From a virus (Duplodnaviria > Caudoviricetes), in the IMG/VR virus record IMGVR_UViG_3300033076_000600, positions 1-27,506 of that record: a DNA stretch of 27,506 nt. One strand, given 5' to 3'. Positions 24,501-27,506 of this stretch are shown piece after piece. The position numbers and the translations under genes were made by a program. Within the stretch, counting starts at the first letter, position 1. Each line of letters begins with the position of its first letter. A model generated the notes under the pieces. The model was not told the origin of the DNA. It saw only the letters and a program-made list of their open reading frames with translations, and did no database searches.

Positions 24501-27023
24501 ACCACCGTGTTCCGCACGAACGCCGAGCACGACATCCGTGCCGGAGATCGCGACGGGCTGCGGGTTCGCAGCTTCGACGAGCTGGCGGACCTGATCGAGC
24601 AGCTTGGTGAGGATGGCGACTACGAGGGCATCGAGAATGCGCTGGCGGACGTGTCCGTCGACGCCTACAGCTTTGCGGACTCGCCAATGTTCGTCGACAT
24701 GCTGAAGCAGGCTGGATACGACGGGGTGATCCACAAGGACGTCTTCGAAAGTGGCGCTGACCACTACGAGCCTGGCCGGGACAAGCTGGAGGAGGGCAGC
24801 ACGGGCGTGCCGGTGCATGATACCTACCGGCCGTTCGACCAGGAGCAGATCAAGTCGACGCACAACACCGGCACCTGGGGGACGCGCGACAAGCGCATCC
24901 TCTACCAGGCGGCTGGCGACACCGAGAGCCCGCAGTTCAAGAAGTGGTTCGGCATCTCGCGGTCCGTCGACGCCAACGGCAAGCCGCTGCCGTTGTTCCG
25001 CGGGGAGCATGGCGAGGTGAACGGTGACGACATCCAGACCAGGCTGCCGTCCATCACGCTGGTCGAGGACCCTGACATCGCAAGCATGTACGCCGAGGAG
25101 CCCAACAAACGGGAGGATGTCGCACGCGCCCCGCGTGTCGGCCAGTATTACGCCAGGATCGAGCGCCCGATCTTCGAAGACAAGACCGATCCGTTTACGG
25201 AGCTGGGGCCGCTCGCCAGGAAACTTGGGCGAGAGCCGCTGTTGAAGGTGATCGAAAACAGGGACGCGCTGGAGAGCGCCATCATGTCCACGGACAATTG
25301 GCATGAGAAGTACAGCGACTACGGATCGGTGCGCGAGGTGCTCGACAAGAACCCGGCGGCCATCGACGACCTCTACATCCAGGCCAATATCCTGCTGGAC
25401 GACCCTGGGTTCGTGAAGCTGGCGAAGTCGAAGGGGTACGACGGAGCCATCCACCTGGCCTGGAGCGCGGCCAAGGATGCCGTCGAGCACCGCGTGTTCG
25501 ACAAGGGCCAGATCAAGGGCGTCAACAACGGCGGCGAGTGGAGCACGACCGACAAGCGGGTCATGTACCAGAAGGGCGACGGCTCCGACTTCATCGCGAA
25601 GGAGGTCTATGGCAAGGGCGAGCTGGCCCCGGCCGACCCGAAGGTGAACACGCCGGAGTTCAGGGCCTGGTGGAAGAAGAGCCACGCGGTGGACGCCATT
25701 GGTCACCCGCGCACGGTCTATCACGGCTCGCTGCGCGACGTGGAGGAGTTCAGGCCTGGCAACAACGGGAACTACCTGGGCAACAGGTTCTACTTTTCCA
25801 GCAATCGCCAGGACGCCTCGCAGAACTATGCGAACCGCATGGGCACCGACTTCGACGCCAGGGCCTGGATGCGCGCGGCCGGTGACGCGCGGGCCATGAC
25901 CAGGGACCAGCTTGAGCAGGCGGCCGAGGAGTGGAAGAACAAGAACTCCGATCACTATGGTGCGGTCTACCCGTTCTACCTCAGCATCCAGAACCCGGTT
26001 TACCTGGGCGGCCCGTCGGAGACGCGCATCCCGAAGTCAACGGTGCATGCGATGATGGGGTTCCTGCCGGATGTCCTGAAGGGCGTCGACAGTGATCTGG
26101 CGAAGAGCTCGACGCTGCGGCCGGTGCTGAACAAGTGGCTCGGTGACCTCATGAACGAAATCCGCCACGGCTCGACGATGGCCGCCAGCGACTTTGTTCG
26201 CAAGCTGCTGACAAACGGCCGGGTCAACCACGCTGTGTTGCAGGCGCTCCCGAAGTTCCACGCAGACAACCCGCTGCCGGAAGTGCTGCGCGGCCTGTTC
26301 GAGAAGATGGGCTTTGACGGTGCCATCGACCCGGCGGTGCGCGGGAAGTTCCCAGGTCTGTTCAACGGCTACCAGGGCGATCCGATCCCAGGCGACGTGA
26401 CCCACTACATCGCGTTCCACCCGAACCAGATCAAGTCGGTCAACAATACCGGCTCGTTCAGCGAGCGCATGAACCACATCCTGTACCAGGTTGGTGACAA
26501 GCTCGACACGAAGTACGAGGACGCGCCGCAGGGCGGCCGGTTCCTGGATGGGCTGCGCGACGGCTTTGCCAACGGCAAGGTCGACAAGGGCGAGCAGGCC
26601 TACATCTCGGACCAGCCGCAGGACCTTGAGCGGGTCTACAAGAAGGACTGGCTGGAGCTGCGCCGCGGCGCTCCGCACCTGAAGCAGTTCGCGATCATGC
26701 TTCACGGCAAGCCAATCGGCCGCATCAACGGCACGGTGAACGGCGAGAGCATGGAGGTGCAGTGGATTGGGTTGCTGGGTGGCGACGACGGGTTGAGCGA
26801 TAGCTCGATCCGGCATCTTGGTGCTATCCTGCGCGAAGCACTGCCACGGGGGGTCAACCGATTGACCGGCCTGCGGAAGCGCGCAGAGCAAAAATCCGAC
26901 ATGCCGCCGATCCGGCCGCAAGAGCCTGCGCCTAAGCCTGCTCCACGCATCATCACCACCAGGGGACGGGAAGACCCGTTGCTCGATTATTATCGGGACC
27001 TTGGCGTCGATCTAGGGGACTAA
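15540..27023 (+). CDS. Giant polyvalent protein (3827 aa): ejection-type N-terminus, 2x ExQSD domain, DarT-like domain, HExxH metallopeptidase, 3x ART-PolyVal-like ADP-ribosyltransferase, GNAT-like C-terminus
   Basis: 11.5-kb uninterrupted ORF with phage codon bias. HEGGH at 20706-20720. Three TPEF..WF..S...G.P...(R/H)G...GYDG...F...QIKS..N.G.(W/F) units at 24060-26489. Located between the ejection genes and the tailspike. Confidence 0.85.
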   Translation: MANPWEMNWGWDDDTSPAQQPVAQPVKPRTHGQTAPWEMNWDWGRASAAAGAQNPDTIKPNVTIGNLNQADYLRQDEWQSPELLHEDAATQDFKRPEGELFHARSFVPGAMPYQAPTATEDPTWWDATAGAGAKGFGDLGLSAATVFGDDPRNVRQLPLNKLDNPMSLDNDSWSMLTKKAADRAIRMFPMALGMIAGTELGAGPTLAASSVLTGGAAGSALGAFAQSLGPRFKTALLKYPDDPERAWQEAGNATLIDGGFAALGGLAMGNNPFATEFRNAMFQMFVQQPAVGVGNMYFSELYTGDHTDQPWYDRYLENVAPGIVQTGAHEAGKMAGRIAARPGSELPGAPGGPTDFTGGDDHFMNDVPEAMPSERAAAGTRGKPATAFSHLDRYDPNYEPRNPRRSDGDNVTPLRHQVDDEPIDTTLRDINEQLPLKSREVFNNLKLTRAPMADWHSVLLNKGVKPEELKDLGLTKESERDPKKMWTRDEIDALMKRNTPVFKEHLYSAKKHDDKRYTLTQPKRFDDSWSWVDNRTNEAVGSFDTPEEAMRAMPEDAVAVFDHTGEEHEGPLSNVGYSKWDQYGGGELVSPGVKNYEERVVQQNKERPYLKGLNEYIRERFGEDKYNDIWQRMTWEERDAVNKEYERDVVGPWQQAVREHQASRWNIGDTPGDHFGIHNSIYHNRYGTMEFDDGVIAHHDDETQSDTIQKGRTNGFRDESPDVIRNRADVYRTQYAQKQAEWRGTLDNWAGLRDKLTGHNGAAPLRVYASDLKTLMELPPDTAERLGYTPFDVERARRDYDKVIRLQNEAAHMDVLAGNIADEASRIPIVPHVDSWGKLSMKRMIQVALSKGLRHISWTTGEQQAQRYGLEKKIKSISFRPADRSNPGGDKVTWAAMKHDGNYAIQDKTSDFKDLADHIGSELARKIFDRVKEWDTGAHQHTWLQLNTDDLKLGGEFHKKLYDKKKVEWARELGRPFGFKPELKSTSYEDTSVPIGFRPFKLGDATWNRVADALRSDLRQTNVSRPWGTTEVMLRTLQKMEEIEQRGANGGDGSSSDLMDYLNHEFVTNDREKLFNTLRKSAPSAVGRSYKMAIAHEPGSDARRQLLAAVMQLKDKLAAGQPTGLLRSWFNRNDLNNPGLIDELIHTAQSPNRNLATYFEGLRTSRLDSTDDANILMRAIEREQKDIFGSSTKPLFELKDVSNRDRQMWRMEITPKMGKQFRYQIAADEEKAAPGTLAVVHNISAQALRHAADVGGLPAPSIGIVKAAHGLQGYGEISLLGHASLIDPERGTKVYRNDAYSSRYPVVRMRVDPEKIGEIERVLGPEAKRLRLPPKLTSGEKAFKDGLYSLNKNKPLIAMFAREHGMLRPGEELGSEPRFNGRFDSLRQEMIKRKEFVPWLKEKFRDAIAGEEFTDKTTGETVAHTLANVLRYMTGKGDVRASTPGHGPGHALSSMTEPFLTRGEIKSEEGRLVHNDEYLATHRPRLEAQYESLMDVLQKYRPGDAASGKQKSKISPARDWAHKQIIEAARSGDPAAYVARHISNDQRLGEVMAAFVDSAKNTKTRYFEAKMDRTVRLPEFKAAVIPSNIAESDRQLLADNGIHEQVVYKYSEDPMENEYNRQRAIESLQHLLFQREAGGELSGRMDDLRKVSLTKEQAAKHAPVMKSIMEEIKRIAPGAKVAFVEQLMSRNADGSVTPIRGTSFGDMVVVALRNKNAEGTGRHEGGHVIVDGFKEMGIFKPHEWQALKDFAEEKLYGKHKDFLRHYEGMGDDVKLSEAIVQELGEGRPTKFKGYPPIIRKMLYRMDGILKAIRVGVHRVLGKKVRGEDVLDMLDAGHIGARVHRLKKLGENATRDYSLATDKGGKVHYQISDETKVDNIFESALDIALENTKLTRGHGAQWRAELIKQGVKPEELRDTGLDDLFTSHKDQPLTKDHIINRREDNRTELHVIIRDDGGHPLARAGTNPDEQAQLAQRTAAPDDPLAGVDMWDDMDELREYIEDNDLRDEIDARLEDYDDPDNPRERYEAREWDQPTYRVVERNGRGESLDWHGTHNDHYDAEWEIENSGYYKTKAFFHTAPRQVGGLLTRLMGKEPVWVVDIHQHATDRKNRPVDIWGDRIDPDLDNEKDHTGYELSDPENEEHDGQFHNHQPVDEVSASTPEEAIKKANEFIREESRVFEVEEEEPDGYRIWDHKHDDWHVDGEHFDTKRSAERSAERENEHWYEEWSEEADDQVRQDIEQDHDWWVERAVEHLQNEGSERDSDELADLVREHWYGTGRDRSRPRNRDYRSNDVKYGTYNLKGGTYKREYLLTIPTLSPKLQLAAPGSTALTVIPPGPNLPDARPRDLRVRQYRNVSVPTHFTEQAGRNIMMHFRAQDFMVEDGGKAIVLEEDQSDPHQAARQAAKAITQILGLKDATGYGVTEREAVKSNSANWYNQAQSLGENSRAIGRLMREYVINNKALEKAYADDLRPGDSDYWANYGEHANWDEVGHASEYLSNPADAPRYLLGAIEYLKERLKTIPAQGLVPNAKNALVEAMVIARAKARISRRVNKLHLDAARLRDANVQVDSLPHKDSWPMLGLKYILHEAIMNGYDYVGMPTGAQQVDRYPGALRTAIKKLVWKERRDGKFDLDIDMQSADRQHRQRHVLEGLTEHDIKNNLGAAGAEQIVKQRFGRNNDFVPTSQHVAEGEIGPNKLHINNQGMMNFYDKTVQKDSKAFLAKMGLSWGRIRVLQKDQTPFAVMGKSRHNDGEHWEWVEDFHTKEEAEAYAEHKRIEARDAAARGEEPYWKEVKVDINPDSFHEIHGIKITPEARQNYQTEITDKTGKVVKPANKMLRYQIADGETNYADRVARATTDTPEFKRFFEGSVVKTPSGQPLKLFRGQRRNPREDGFTLSSGRATPSFTPDPDVASVYSRQLDTREYGAGSNVVPTYLSIKNPLDLRALGEHPSLGEVVELLPYDWREPSALDQFKVGYADLAEALRDMDTTVFRTNAEHDIRAGDRDGLRVRSFDELADLIEQLGEDGDYEGIENALADVSVDAYSFADSPMFVDMLKQAGYDGVIHKDVFESGADHYEPGRDKLEEGSTGVPVHDTYRPFDQEQIKSTHNTGTWGTRDKRILYQAAGDTESPQFKKWFGISRSVDANGKPLPLFRGEHGEVNGDDIQTRLPSITLVEDPDIASMYAEEPNKREDVARAPRVGQYYARIERPIFEDKTDPFTELGPLARKLGREPLLKVIENRDALESAIMSTDNWHEKYSDYGSVREVLDKNPAAIDDLYIQANILLDDPGFVKLAKSKGYDGAIHLAWSAAKDAVEHRVFDKGQIKGVNNGGEWSTTDKRVMYQKGDGSDFIAKEVYGKGELAPADPKVNTPEFRAWWKKSHAVDAIGHPRTVYHGSLRDVEEFRPGNNGNYLGNRFYFSSNRQDASQNYANRMGTDFDARAWMRAAGDARAMTRDQLEQAAEEWKNKNSDHYGAVYPFYLSIQNPVYLGGPSETRIPKSTVHAMMGFLPDVLKGVDSDLAKSSTLRPVLNKWLGDLMNEIRHGSTMAASDFVRKLLTNGRVNHAVLQALPKFHADNPLPEVLRGLFEKMGFDGAIDPAVRGKFPGLFNGYQGDPIPGDVTHYIAFHPNQIKSVNNTGSFSERMNHILYQVGDKLDTKYEDAPQGGRFLDGLRDGFANGKVDKGEQAYISDQPQDLERVYKKDWLELRRGAPHLKQFAIMLHGKPIGRINGTVNGESMEVQWIGLLGGDDGLSDSSIRHLGAILREALPRGVNRLTGLRKRAEQKSDMPPIRPQEPAPKPAPRIITTRGREDPLLDYYRDLGVDLGD
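15549..15669 (+). repeat. Duplicated N-terminal peptide PWEMNWxW
   Basis: CCTTGGGAAATGAACTGGGGCTGGG at 15549-15573 and CCCTGGGAGATGAACTGGGACTGGG at 15645-15669. Confidence 0.9.
22165..22193 (+). repeat. 12-bp in-frame tandem duplication (RSAE RSAE R)
   Basis: AGCGCTCCGCCG x2 plus AGCGC. Confidence 0.9.
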
Positions 27024-27026
27024 GCC

Positions 27027-27506
27027 ATGCCTGCATCAAACAGAGTACCGCAACCCTTCCTGCAGCCGGTCGACGGCTCCGGGAATCCGTTCCCAGGAGG
27101 GCTGCTCTACTTCTATCTGACCGGCACGACCACGCCTGCGACCACTTACTCGGATACGGCGCAGACCGTGGCGAATGCGAACCCGGTGGTCGCGGATGGC
27201 TCCGGCGTGTTCCCCGTGATCTACCTGGCGTCAGGCGTCACCTATGACGCGGTGCTGAAGAACTCCGCAGGCGTGACGCAGTGGACTGCGACGGCGTTGC
27301 TGTCTGGCACCGTGGGTTCGGCCAGCACCACGGCAGCAGGAATCGTCGAGCTGGCGACCCAAACGGAAGCGGTGATCGGCACATCGACATCGCTGGCCAT
27401 GACCCCGCAGGACACGGCCTCAGCGATCCAGCAGGGCTTCAGCTACGGTGCGACCAGCGGAACGGCGAACGCGATCATCGTCACGCCGACGGTGACACCA
27501 TTCTCT
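27027..27506 (+). CDS. Tailspike or tail fibre, N-terminal virion-binding domain; 3' end outside the window (not in the ORF track)
   Basis: Translation of the open frame gives MPASNRVPQPFLQPVDGSGNPFPGGLLYFYLTGTTTPATTYSD...NANPVVADGSG (P22-type head-binding-like motif), then ASTTAAGIVELATQTEA (fibre repeat-like). Confidence 0.85.
   Translation, partial: MPASNRVPQPFLQPVDGSGNPFPGGLLYFYLTGTTTPATTYSDTAQTVANANPVVADGSGVFPVIYLASGVTYDAVLKNSAGVTQWTATALLSGTVGSASTTAAGIVELATQTEAVIGTSTSLAMTPQDTASAIQQGFSYGATSGTANAIIVTPTVTPFS

Noticed and set aside
23454-25955. 833-aa minus-strand ORF (also 7918-9924, 20370-21929, 21945-23303, 10934-12271 and others)
   Set aside because: These are antisense shadows of strongly biased high-GC plus-strand genes. 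They have V/L/R/D-rich composition without motifs and fully overlap better-supported CDSs.
15540-27023. Giant protein as a virion RNA polymerase (N4- or crAss-like) or a DarB-type methylase-helicase
   Set aside because: I saw no DxDGD polymerase motif, no NPPY/F methylase motif and no Walker A or DExx helicase motifs.
1-27506. tRNA, rRNA, integrase, att sites, IS elements, stop-codon reassignment
   Set aside because: None was recognisable. Genes tile the plus strand nearly without gaps under the standard code, using all three stop codons.

Overview
The window is one continuous, high-GC, plus-strand virion morphogenesis operon from a tailed phage or prophage with a P22-like (podovirus) tail and ejection module. 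Family calls come from motif recognition and gene order; no searches were run. The order is: 3' end of the major capsid gene; four head-associated genes; a gp4-like adaptor; a gp10-like hub; a 4.7 kb block of small structural and accessory genes (including a cupin, a Zn-binding mini-protein, two paralogous beta-rich proteins and an acidic-repeat protein with a tail-needle-like end); a gp14-like GNAT protein; gp7-, gp20- and gp16-like ejection proteins; a Pro-rich 212-aa protein; a 3827-aa polyvalent protein; and the 5' part of a tailspike or fibre gene. The highlight is the giant protein. It has an ejection-protein-like N-terminus followed by eight modules: two ExQSD domains, one putative DarT-like domain, one HExxH zincin, three tandem ART-PolyVal-like domains and a GNAT-like tail. 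Every module boundary carries the same short [YF/H]Q motif, which suggests an injected, shuffleable and possibly self-processed effector array. No RNA genes, CRISPR array, integrase or transposase were seen.
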